In this document: positions 17,446-29,500 of the stretch, piece after piece
How the letters are laid out: each line of letters starts with the position of its first letter
How positions within the stretch are numbered: the stretch's first letter is position 1
From: Macrostomum lignano
Taxonomy: Eukaryota
DNA: 64,000 nt
Reading direction: 5' to 3'
Assembly (NCBI GenBank): GCA_002269645.1
Contig: NIVC01000887.1
Location: forward strand, 186,001 to 250,000
The notes under the pieces: model-generated
Seen by the model: only the letters and a program-made list of their open reading frames with translations
What the model was told of the DNA's origin: nothing
Database searches by the model: none
Program-made: the position numbers and the translations under genes

Positions 17446-18012
17446 ACGCTGCAGGTACCCTACCAGCAAGAACAGGGGCGCACTCGGCTGCTTTTTGTCG
17501 ACTGCACAGCATCAAACACACCAGCCATGATGGGCGCCCCCTTGGCACTCAATCTAGAACTCTTTGGCCAGCTGTTCAATCCAGACTGCACCTCATCCAG
17601 AACTCCTTGGCCCACAGCGAGCCGGCCCTCAGAAGTGACTGGCCACTCGAGCAAATCTGTTTATTCAAACCAAAGCGCGGCCGTCTACCCCCTGCCCCTG
17701 TCTCTTCTTTCCGTCTCTTTTAAAAAGCCAGAGCGGCAGTCTGCGCCCAAGCCCTGAAAGATGCAGTCCCCCGAAAGATCTTAATCGGACAACTGTGTGA
17801 GCGCGACAGCAACAGGCGGAGGTGTCAGAGTCCAGTGTCGCAAGTAGTGACATCTTATTTGTTCGATCCATTCAGCTCAGAGAGTCATCAAAGTCATCGA
17901 AGAGTTGGAATGGCGAAGTGGAACACCGGGGGCCGGTCACGTGACCTGATTCCCGTTTAAGCACCCGCTGAGGAGGTATGTGAATTACAATGTGCGATTA
18001 AAAGCTCTTAAC

Positions 18013-18795
18013 ACTTGGAAGCTAGCTGGAAGATGGAAGCTAGCTGGAAGATGGAAGCTAGCTGGAAGATGGAAGCTAGCTGGAAGATGGAAACTAAATG
18101 GAAGATGGAAGCTAGCTGGAAGATGGAAGCTAGATGGAAGATGGAAGCTAGCTGGAAGATGGAAGCTAGCTGGAAGATGGAAGCTAGCTGGAAGATGGAA
18201 GCTAGCTGGAAGAGGGAAGCTAGCTGGAAGAGGGAAGCTAGATAGAAGAGGGAAGCTAGCTGGAAGATGGAAGCTAGCTGGAAGAAGAAAGCTAGCTGGA
18301 AGAGGGAAGCTAGATGGAAGATGGAAGCTAGCTGGAAGATGGAAGCTAGATGGAAGATGGAAGCTAGCTGGAAGATGGAAACTAAATGGAAGAGGAAAGC
18401 TAGCTGGAAGAGGGAAGCTAGCTGGAAGATGGAAGCTAGCTGGAAGATGGAAGCTAGATGGAAGAGGGAAGCTAGCTGGAAGAGGGAAGCTAGCTGGAAG
18501 AGGGAAGCTAGCTGGAAGAGGGAAGCTAGCTGGAAGAGGGAAGCTAGCTGGAAGATGGAAGCTAGATGGAAGAGGGAAGCTAGATGGAAGAGGGAAGCTA
18601 GCTGGAAGAGGGAAGCTAGCTGGAAGAGGGAAGCTAGCTGGAAGATGGAAGCTAGATGGAAGATGGAAGCTAGCTGGAAGATGGAAGCTAGCTGGAAGAT
18701 GGAAGCTAGCTGGAAGATGGAAGCTAGATGGAAGAGGGAAGCTAGCTGGAAGATGGAAGCTAGCTGGAAGATGGAAGCTAGCTGGAAGATGGCAG
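18013..18795. repeat. 18-bp minisatellite (GGAAGATGGAAGCTAGCT), copy 2
   Basis: Same unit and orientation as 16045-16720. Confidence 0.96.
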
Positions 18796-19439
18796 CTACC
18801 CGATGTTAGCTAATGTTAGAAGCTAACGAACAAATTTTCACTAGAAATGTATTTCGTAAGCAAAAAAACAGCATGGCAACATGAAATTTTGCTCAGTCAA
18901 TTTTTTGCTTCCAAAATTCCATAAATATAAATATACTGCCTGAAATCAAGAAAGCAATTTCACTCGCATATGAGCTTCGGACTGAGAAGTTCAGAGAAGT
19001 GACCATGCGAGCTAAAATCCCTTAACTCGAAATTCCCCTAGCAGATCCAATCCGACCCCTCCCAGACTCCCCAACGGACTTGATGAAGAAGCTGCTGGCG
19101 AGCTGAGTGAAGCGCTAGCGAGATTTTCACAGTTCCCAACCTGCTCTCAAGTCTCTCGCGTCCATACAAGTGAGGAATTAGATTTCCGCCAGATGATTGA
19201 GGCAGCTCTTCAGCAGGTCTGGGATCCAATATAAGACCGGGTATTGCCTCTGCCGAGGCTGCAGACTGCAGTTTAAAGTGCATGTAACATTAAATTGGGC
19301 CCAGTTTACTTCGCAGATTTTTCTAAGAAAGCAGTGAATGTAAGATCTAAGAAAGCTAAGAAAGCAATCTAAGAAAGCATTCCTGCAATGGTTGTGGCCC
19401 AATGGTTTCTTAAAGAAACCTCAATATTTTCTAATTACC

Positions 19440-20088
19440 CCTTAATGGTTCTCTAATGACCCTCTATGGTTTACTAATGATCCCAGTGATTCTCTAATGA
19501 CCCCAATGATTCTCTAATGACCCTCTATGGTTTACTAATGATCCCAGTGATTCTCTAATGACCCCAATGATTCTCTAATGACCCTCAGTTATTCTCTAAT
19601 GACCCTCAATAAACTACTAATACTCCCAGTGATTCTCTAATGACCCCAATGATTCTCTAATGACCCCAATGATTCTCTAATGACCCTCTATGGTTTACTA
19701 ATGACCCCAATGATTCTCTAATGACCCCAATGATTCTCTAATGACCCTCAGTTATTCTCTAATGACCCTCAATAAACTACTAATACTCCCAGTGATTCTC
19801 TAATGACCCCAATGATTCTCTAATGACCCCAATGATTCTCTAATGACCCTCTATGGTTTACTAATGATCCCAGTGATTCTCTAATGACCCCAATGATTCT
19901 CTAATGACCCTCAGTTATTCTCTAATGACCCTCAATAAACTACTAATACTCCCAGTGATTCTCTAATGACCCCAATGACTCTCTAATGACCCAATGATTC
20001 TCTAATGAACCCAATGATTCTCTAATGACCCTCAATGATTCTCTAATGACCCTCAATGATTCTCTAATGACCCCAATGATTACCTAAT
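19440..20088. repeat. 20/21-bp minisatellite (TCTCTAATGACCCCAATGAT) with higher-order blocks
   Basis: Direct periodicity. Confidence 0.93.
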
Positions 20089-20282
20089 GGACGAAAAATT
20101 CAAATGTTTATATCGATCACTTTTGATCACCCAGAACGATTCAGTAGATCAAGCGAATAAAAGATCAGACAGTACTGTAATTGATTGATGGCCGCCTGGA
20201 AATTCCTGGAAATTCCACAGCAGCTCTGGCGCACCTTCTCTCTACGGCACCTGCAGCTGCCCGAGGCTGCCCGGCTCTCGGG

Positions 20283-23200
20283 ATGAACCGGCCATGCCGC
20301 AGCAGCCTGCCATCTCCGCTGTTCACCGCCTGCCAGCAGCAGCAGCAGCAGCAGCAGACTCCAAGCAGATGCGTCCCCAAACACAGCGGCTCCCCTTTAC
20401 AAGGTAGCGTTTTAAGAATTTAAACTTTTTATTCATCACTGGATTGAACTGCTTTCCGACTCGCTCAAAGTTTGCTTGAAACAAAATGTCTGCAGTCTCC
20501 ATCTACCGACTGCAATCTCCCTCTCCCGCCGACTGCAATCTCCCTCTCCCACCGACTGCAATCTCCCTCTCCCGCCGACTGCAATCCCCCCTCCCACCGA
20601 CTGCAATCTCCCTCTCCCACCGACTGCAATCTCCCTCTCCCACCGACTGCAATCTCCCTCTCCCACCGACTGCAATCCCCCCTCCCACCGACTGCAATCT
20701 CCCTCTCCCACAGACTGCAATCTCCCTCTCCCGCCGACTGCAATCTCCCTCTCCCACCGACTGCAATCTCCCTCTCCCACCGACTGCAATCTCCCTCTCT
20801 ATCCGACTGCAATCTCCCTCTTCCGCCGACTGCAATCTCCCTCTCCCGCCGACTGCAATCCCCTCTCCCGCCGACTGCAATCTCCCTCTCCCGCCGACTG
20901 CAATCTCCCTCTCCCACCGACTGCAATCTCCCTCTCCCACCGACTGCAATCCCCCCTCCCACCGACTGCAATCTCCCTCTCCCACCGACTGCAATCTCCC
21001 TCTCCCACCGACTGCAATCTCCCTCTCCCACCGACTGCAATCCCCCCTCCCACCGACTGCAATCTCCCTCTCCCACAGACTGCAATCTCCCTCTCTATCC
21101 GACTGCAATCTCCCTCTCCCACCGACTGCAATCCCCCCCTCCCACCGACTGCAATCTCCCTCTCCCACCGACTGCAATCTCCCTCTCCCGCCGACTGCAA
21201 TCTCCCTCTCTATCCGACTGCAATCTCCCTCTCCCACCGACTGCAATCTCCCTCTCCCACCGACTGCAATCTCCCTCTCTATCCGACTGCAATCTCCCTC
21301 TCCCACCGACTGCAATCCCCCCCTCCCACCGACTGCAATCTCCCTCTCCCACCGACTGCAATCTCCCTCTCCCACCGACTACAATCCCCCTCCCACCGAC
21401 TGCAATCTCCCTCTCCCACCGACTGCAATCTCCCTCTCCCACCGACTGCAATCTCCCTCTCCCACCGACTACAATCCCCCCTCCCACCGACTGCAGTCTC
21501 CCTCTCTATCCGACTGCAATCTCCCTTTCTATCCGACTGCAATCTCCTTCTCTATCGGACTGCAATCTCCCTTTCTATCCGACTGCAATCTCCCTCTCTA
21601 TCGGACTCAAATCTCCCTCTTCCACCGACTGCAATCTCCCTCTCTATCCGCCTGCAATCTCCCCCTTCCACCGACTGCAATCTCCCTCTCTATCCGACTG
21701 CAATCTCCCTCTCTATCCGACTGCAATCTCCCTCTCTATCCGACTGCAATCTCCCTCTCTATCCGACTGCAATCTCCCTCTCTATCCGACTGCAATCTCC
21801 CTCTCTATCCGACTGCAATCTCCCTCTCTATCGGACTCAAATCTCCCTCTTCCACCGACTGCAATCTCCCTCTTCCACCGACTGCAATCTGCCTCCCTCT
21901 ACCTGCAATCTTGTGCTCAGCCTCCATCCGTTCCCTACAATTTTCCTTCTCAGCTCAGCTTCACAGAGCTTCTTCAGCAGATGGACATTTAAACATGCAT
22001 TTCAGGAAACAAGAGCAACCTGCTCCATCATCACTTTATCACAGGTGCATCAGGCGACCGCGGCAGCGTCAGCAATGGCACCAGCGATGGCGCCATCTCG
22101 AAGCCAGTCGGCAGCAATATCAGTGTCAGCAGCAGCAGCAGCAGCTCGGACACCGACAGCGGCGATGCCGCCGTCAAGAAGACAAAGACAGTCAACCGCA
22201 CTCGTCGAGAACGTCCGGTAGGAGTCCGAGCTCGAGTCCTGTTCAGCTTCGAGGCCAGCGGCCCCGGAGAGCTCAGCGTGACAGCCGGACAGCCGGTCCG
22301 AGCTCTCTACCACGTCGGGAAGCGCTGGCTGTTTGTGCTGACGGGCGCAGGCCAGGTGGGCTACATCCCCTTCCTGTACGCCGCCAAGGAGGCCTGGGCG
22401 CCGTGCCGGCCGGTGCCCAGCATGCGCCGCTACTGCCGCGAATTCTCGCCGCAGCCGGCGCAGCAACCGGCCGCGGCAGACTGTCCTGGTGAGCAGCGGC
22501 TCTGTCTGCCTGCCGATTTGAGCAGGCCGCCCGCGATGGCGCCGGAGGAGAGGCTGCCAGCCTCCGAGGAGTCTTCCGATAGTCGCCGGGGTGGACGAGA
22601 CCGAGCAGCCTGCGACTGGAGCCGTCTGGGGCTTCGCTGCCGGGTTTTGAGGTAGCGAGATTTGGAAAGGGAGATTGGGAGTGGGAGTTGGGATTGGGGA
22701 ATTAGGAGAGAGAGGGTGGGAGAGGGAGATTGGGAGAGGGAGATAGGGAGAGGGAGATTGGGAGAGGGAGATTGGGAGAGGGAGATTGGGAGAGGGAGAT
22801 TGGGAGAGGGAGGTTGGGAGTGGGAGTTGAGATTGGGGAATAAGGAGAGGGAGGTTGGGAGAGGGAGGTTGGGAGAGGGAGATTGGGAGAGGGAGGTTGG
22901 GAGAGGGAGGTTGGAAGAGGGAGGTTGGGAGAGGGAGGTTGGGAGTGGGAGTTGGGATTGGGGAATTAGGAGAGGGAGATTGGGAGAGGGAGGTTGGGAG
23001 AGGGAGGTTGGGAGAGGGAGATAGGGAGAGGGAGATAGGGAGAGGGAGATTGGGAGAGGGAGGTTGGGAGTGGGAGTTGGGATTGGGGAATTGGGAGAGG
23101 GTGGTTGGGAGGAGGTTGGGAGAGGGAGGTTGGAAGAGGGAGGTTGGGAGAGGGAGGTTGGGAGTGGGAGTTGGGAGATGGAGGTTGGGAGTGGGAGTTG

Positions 23201-24290
23201 GGATTGGGGAATTAGGAGAGGGAGGTTGGGAGAGGGAGGTTGGGAGAGGGAGGTTGGGAGAGGGAGGTTGGGAGAGGGAGGTTGGGAGAGGGAGATAGGG
23301 AGAGGGAGATGGGGAGAGGGAGATAGGGAGAGGGAGATTGGGAGTGGGAGTTGGGATTGGGGAATTGGGAGAGGGTGGTTGGGAGAAGGAGGTTGGGAGA
23401 GGGAGGTTAGGAGAGGGAGATTGGGAGAGGGAGATTGGGAGAGGGAGGTTGGGAGAGGGAGGTTGGGAGAGGGAGATTGGGAGAGGGAGGTTGGGAGTGG
23501 GAGTTGGGATTGGGGAATTGGGAGAGGGTGGTTGGGAGGAGGTTGGGAGAGGGAGGTTGGAAGAGGGAGGTTGGGAGAGGGAGGTTGGGAGAGGGAGGTT
23601 GGGAGAGGGAGGTTGGGAGAGGGAGGTTGGAAGAGGGAGGTTGGGAGAGGGAGGTTGGGAGTGGGAGTTGGGAGATGGAGGTTGGGAGTGGGAGTTGGGA
23701 TTGGGGAATTAGGAGAGGGAGGTTGGGAGAGGGAGGTTGGGAGAGGGAGGTTGGAAGAGGGAGGTTGGGAGAGGGAGGTTGGGAGAGGGAGGTTAGGAGA
23801 GGGAGATTGGGAGAGGGAGATTGGGAGAGGGAGGTTGGGAGAGGGAGGTTGGGAGAGGGAGATTGGGAGAGGGAGGTTGGGAGAGGGAGGTTGGGAGAGG
23901 AAGGGATGTCATCAGACCACAACGGACGATCTCGCCCTCCAGCAGGCGCGGAGCAGCCGGGCACCGCAGCTTCAATCGGTTGCTCTCGACCGGCCTCGCC
24001 GATCTTCATTCGACAGCGCAGTGAGCTGCGTCGCTCCGCCAGCCGCCGCCGCCGTCGCCGCCGCCGCCAAGCGCCGGGTGACCTTCCGGACTGACGCGGA
24101 GATCATCGGCACGGCGGACAACATCGACAGACAGCCGGTGTACCAGCAGTTCCAGCCGGCTCCAAACGAATTCCAAAGCGGTCGCAACGCGGCGGAGCAG
24201 CGGCACAGCTATTTTGGCCACCGACAAGGCGACGCGAAGTCCGCGGCAGAGGCAGCGGAAATCGATTGCGTTTACCAGACACTCGTGTGA
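20283..24290 (+). CDS. SH3-domain adaptor-like protein (3 putative coding exons)
   Basis: Exon 20283-20403 (poly-Q, phase 1) joins in frame to exon 22045-22651, which contains an SH3 domain (RARVLFSFEASGPGELSVTAGQPVRALYHVGKRWLFVLTGAGQVGYIPFLYA, ~22227-22385). The terminal exon ends at 24290 (...KRRVTF...VYQTLV*); its acceptor (24017 fits the phase) and the N-terminus are uncertain. Confidence 0.7.
20495..21900. repeat. 23-bp C-rich minisatellite (CCGACTGCAATCTCCCTCTCCCA) in SH3-gene intron 1
   Basis: About 60 units read directly. Confidence 0.96.
22660..23900. repeat. 14-bp G-rich minisatellite (GGGAGAGGGAGGTT / GGGAGAGGGAGATT) downstream of the SH3 exon
   Basis: Direct periodicity; dense GGG runs with G-quadruplex potential. 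Confidence 0.96.
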
Positions 24291-24540
24291 CAGCTGCCCG
24301 GCAACTAGATGGCTGTCTGTACCATACTGTACATACTGCAGAGTATAGGGCGCGCTGACTGCATTTGTTTAACTACTTGCTTAATACTACAGTAACTTTT
24401 TCACTTTTAAAATTAACAAAAAATTAACAAAATTTGGGATGCTTCCGTATTACAAGCGGAGCAACTCAGCAACCAGCAACTCAGTGTTGTGTTTCATGCT
24501 AATATTTAATACCGGTGGCAGAGCGGCTCAGCGGTAAATA

Positions 24541-24941
24541 ACTAGATGGGCCACTCAGCACATTTGCGTGCAAGTTACTTTCAGTTCAGTAGTCAGTTAT
24601 ACAGAACCATTTTATTTAACGACAGGCTTGTTTGGCTCTTACCCCCGCCCCCTAAGCTTAAACCCTCAAACTCCACACGGAACCCCTGCCCCGCCCCAAT
24701 TTTTATTGCCTTTCTCTGAATTCCAGCCTAAAGCTGCCATGTACATTTCAGTGGACTGGCTAATGTACATTATTGCTGAACCAATTAGCAAGCTGTTTAC
24801 GCCTGCAAGCTTGGGCTTCTAAACTTATCAAAGTCGTTTCAGCTGCTTTTATTTTTATAAAATAGCTTATGTATTATTCTTCTTTGCTACTGAACTGAAA
24901 GTGGAAAGCCTAAGTATATATGCCTGAGTGGCCCATCTAGT
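24541..24941. mobile_element. TA-flanked MITE-like element with 18-bp terminal inverted repeats
   Basis: ACTAGATGGGCCACTCAG at 24541-24558 and its exact reverse complement at 24924-24941; TA on both sides; no ORF. Confidence 0.7.
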
Positions 24942-25769
24942 TATTCCTGTGTCTGTGCCCATGGTTCGATCCGTGCAAGGCCAAATTAATTTTGGCTGGG
25001 GGTTGTGGTGCGTCCTTCGACTTTAGCTGTCCATGGATGACTTGCGATCACTACTTCTAGGCTAGAATTATGGCCAAAATATCGCCTATAAAAACTTAAG
25101 CGATTATCTATGATTTGAGCATAAAACACTTATTATACTACTTTAATCAGCCTAGTCAAGTGTGCTGCTCTATCCTCTTAGTGGTCCTCGCAAATAAATA
25201 ATACGCAAAATTTGATTCGTAGGCATTATAACAAGGTGAAGCATTTATTTTTCTGACTCGGTATTCATTTCATTCATTGTCAACTGTTCACACTTTAAAG
25301 AAGCAGCAATGCAAATAAAAACAACATTTTTGCACAGAATAATTTCTGTTTATTAAAAACAAAATATTAATTCAACGCGCATCAAAACTACTGCCCAGTA
25401 GTGCGCGGCATCCGGGAACATCTAGACAGATATAAAAGTGCGTTTCAAACAGGCACTTTTAGGAGGAGAAACGTCTTTTGAAATATTAAGAGGTTTATAA
25501 TATCATAGATAAATAATGGTGAAATTTGAAGGCACAAAATAATTGAATGATTTAGTAAGGGTTAATTGGAGTTAATAAAAAGGGCTTCATGAAACAGCAA
25601 ACAGTGCATAACACAGTTAAAACAGTAACTCTGTTGCCAAAATATTTATCTGATTTTGAGTTTCATTTGTAAGTCAAGAAGCTGAGCAGAGTGACGTCCG
25701 GTGGCTGGAATATTTAAAGACGAATTCAAATGTGTATTATATGCATAGACAACATACATTTATATACTG

Positions 25770-26095
25770 TGTGATAAAGAGAGAGGCTGATAAGAGAGAG
25801 GCTGATAAGAGAGAGGCTGATAAGAGAGAGGCTGATAAGAGAGAGGCTGATAAGAGAGAGGCTGATAAGAGAGAGGCTGATAAGAGAGAGGCTGATAAGA
25901 GAGAGGCTGATAAGAGAGAGGCTGATAAGAGAGAGGCTGATAAGAGAGAGGCTGATAAGAGAGAGGCTGATAAGAGAGAGGCTGATAAGAGAGAGGCTGA
26001 TAAGAGAGAGGCTGATAAGAGAGAGGCTGATAAGAGAGCTGATAATAGAGCCGATAAGAGAGGATGATAAGAGAGCTGATAAGAGAGGCTGATAA
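25770..26095. repeat. 15-bp tandem repeat (AGAGAGAGGCTGATA)
   Basis: About 18 perfect units plus a degenerate tail; source of the READK / LSLIS pseudo-ORFs. Confidence 0.96.
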
Positions 26096-26218
26096 GCTTG
26101 ATGGACTGAGGCAGACATCATAAAGTCACAGAGAGTAAAGCCACGAGACAAAGTCAGAAACCTTGGTTGAGCAATAGTGACTCACCTGAGCCTACTATCC
26201 AGTCTCGCGCAAGTGACG

Positions 26219-26461
26219 TCACTTTTTGGACCCCGGGCGGGCGGGGTTCGCCGGGAAGGGCTTCTTAGCTGAGGCCGGCTTCTTGCCATCCGAGCTGGCG
26301 CTGCTATTGGCGCCGCCCTGTGGCTGTTTGGCGCTGGCTAGACGGCTCTTCAGCGCGGCTTTCCGCTTCTCGAGGGCGTCAGCCTGGCGCTCTTTGGCCG
26401 CCGACACCTGCTGATCATTCTCCTGGGCCTGGGCCAGTAGCTGCCGGCTGCGCTCCTCGTG
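26219..26461 (-). CDS. Probable distal terminal exon of the Kv3 gene (coiled-coil then low-complexity tail)
   Basis: GC-rich island with acceptor ccgcag|CAC (phase 0) reading HEERSRQLLAQAQENDQQVSAAKERQADALEKRKAALKSRL...PGSKK*; matches the phase-0 GTGAGT donor at 32072 after ...EARVNEE. Confidence 0.55.
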   Translation of the reverse strand, partial: HEERSRQLLAQAQENDQQVSAAKERQADALEKRKAALKSRLASAKQPQGGANSSASSDGKKPASAKKPFPANPARPGSKK

Positions 26462-26574
26462 CTGCGGTGCAACGCGAGGATGTGAGATGTCGGAGGTTGA
26501 GTCGGGGTCTAGTTAGAGAGGCCAGTCAACATGCAACTTGCAGTAGGTGCTTTGGGTCTCTGTAGCAAATTACA

Positions 26575-29500
26575 TCACTCCTGCACCCACCTCAATCCTG
26601 CACCCACCTCACTCCTGAAACCACCTCACTCCCGCACCCACCTCACTCCCGCACCCACATCACTCCTGCACCCACATCACTCCTGCACCCACATCACTCC
26701 TGCACCCACCTCACTCCTGCACCCACCTCACTCCTGCACCCACCTCACTACTGCACCCACCTCACTACTGCACCCACCTCACTCCGACGCCCACCTCACT
26801 CCTGCACACACCTCACTCCTGCACCCATTTCACTACTGCACCCACCTCAATCCTGCACCCACCTCACTCATCCACCCACCTCACTCCTGCACCCACCTCA
26901 CTCCTGCACCTACCTCACTCCTACACCCACCTCACTACTGCACCCACCTCACTCCGACGCCCACCATCACTCCTGCACCCACCTCAATAAAGCACCCACC
27001 TCAATAAAGCACCCACCTCAATAAAGCACCCACCTCAATAAAGCACCCACCTCAATAAAGCACCCACCTCAATAAAGCACCCACCTCAATAAAGCACCCA
27101 CCTCAATAAAGCACCCACCTCACTCCTGCACCCAACTCAATAAAGCACCCACCTCAATAAAGCACCCACCTCAATAAAGCACCCACCTCAATAAAGCACC
27201 CACCTCAATAAAGCACCCACCTCAATAAAGCACCCACCTCAATAAAGCACCCACCTCAATAAAGCACCCACCTCAATAAAGCACCCACCTCAATAAAGCA
27301 CCCACTTCAATAAAGCACCCACCTCACTACTGCACCCACCTCACTACTGCACCCACCTCACTCCGACGCCCACCTCACTCCTGCACACACCTCACTCCTG
27401 CACCCATTTCACTACTGCACCCACCTCAATCCTGCACCCACCTCACTCATCCACCCACCTCACTCCTGCACCCACCTCACTCCTGCACCTACCTCACTCC
27501 TACACCCACCTCACTACTGCACCCACCTCACTCCGACGCCCACCATCACTCCTGCACCCACCTCAATAAAGCACCCACCTCAATAAAGCACCCACCTCAA
27601 TAAAGCACCCACCTCAATAAAGCACCCACCTCAATAAAGCACCCACCTCAATAAAGCACCCACCTCAATAAAGCACCCACCTCAATAAAGCACCCACCTC
27701 AATAAAGCACCCACCTCAATAAAGCACCCACCTCACTCCTGCACCCAACTCAATAAAGCACCCACCTCAATAAAGCACCCACTTCAATAAAGCACCCACC
27801 TCAATAAAGCACCCACCTCAATAAAGCACCCACTTCAATAAAGCACCCACCTCAATAAAGCACCCACCTCAATAAAGCACCCACCTCAATAAAGCACCCA
27901 CCTCAATAAAGCACCCACCTCAATAAAGCACCCACCTCAATAAAGCACCCACCTCACTCCTGCACCCAACTCAATAAAGCACCCACCTCAATAAAGCACC
28001 CACCTCAATAAAGCACCCACCTCAATAAAGCACCCACCTCAATAAAGCACCCACCTCAATAAAGCACCCACCTCAATAAAGCACCCACCTCAATAAAGCA
28101 CCCACCTCAATAAAGCACCCACCTCAATAAAGCACCCACCTCAATAAAGCACCCACTTCAATAAAGCACCCACTTCAATAAAGCACCCACCTCACTACTG
28201 CACCCACCTCACTACTGCACCCACCTCACTCCGACGCCCACCTCACTCCTGCACACACCTCACTCCTGCACCCATTTCACTACTGCACCCACCTCAATCC
28301 TGCACCCACCTCACTCATCCACCCACCTCACTCCTGCACCCACCTCACTCCTGCACCTACCTCACTCCTACACCCACCTCACTACTGCACCCACCTCACT
28401 CCGACGCCCACCATCACTCCTGCACCCACCTCAATAAAGCACCCACCTCAATAAAGCACCCACCTCAATAAAGCACCCACCTCAATAAAGCACCCACCTC
28501 AATAAAGCACCCACCTCAATAAAGCACCCACCTCAATAAAGCACCCACCTCAATAAAGCACCCACCTCAATAAAGCACCCACCTCAATAAAGCACCCACC
28601 TCACTCCTGCACCCAACTCAATAAAGCACCCACCTCACTCCTGCACCCAACTCAATAAAGCACCCACCTCAATAAAGCACCCACTTCAATAAAGCACCCA
28701 CCTCAATAAAGCACCCACCTCAATAAAGCACCCACCTCAATAAAGCACCCACCTCAATAAAGCACCCACTTCAATAAAGCACCCACCTCACTACTGCACC
28801 CACCTCACTACTGCACCCACCTCACTCCGACGCCCACCTCACTCCTGCACACACCTCACTCCTGCACCCATTTCACTACTGCACCCACCTCAATCCTGCA
28901 CCCACCTCACTCATCCACCCACCTCACTCCTGCACCCACCTCACTCCTGCACCTACCTCACTCCTACACCCACCTCACTACTGCACCCACCTCACTCCGA
29001 CGCCCACCATCACTCCTGCACCCACCTCAATAAAGCACCCACCTCAATAAAGCACCCACCTCAATAAAGCACCCACCTCAAAAAAAAGCACCCACCTCAA
29101 TAAAGCACCCACCTCAATAAAGCACCCACCTCAATAAAGCACCCACCTCAATAAAGCACCCACCTCAATAAAGCACCCACCTCAATAAAGCACCCACCTC
29201 AATAAAGCACCCACTTCAATAAAGCACCCACCTCAATAAAGCACCCACCTCAATAAAGCACCCACTTCAATAAAGCACCCACCTCAATAAAGCACCCACC
29301 TCAATAAAGCACCCACCTCACTCCTGCACCCAACTCAATAAAGCACCCACCTCAATAAAGCACCCACCTCAATAAAGCACCCACCTCAATAAAGCACCCA
29401 CCTCAATAAAGCACCCACCTCAATAAAGCACCCACCTCAATAAAGCACCCACCTCAATAAAGCACCCACCTCAATAAAGCACCCACCTCAATAAAGCACC

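Noticed and set aside
22625-23940. Second SH3 domain split by the G-rich array (LRCRVLR...TTTDDLAL)
   Set aside because: Only the first strand and a DDL-like motif resemble SH3; the downstream W and GxxP signatures are absent and the splice phases do not match.
25726-26151. READK / LSLIS repeat proteins
   Set aside because: Translations of the 15-bp tandem repeat with no flanking coding context.
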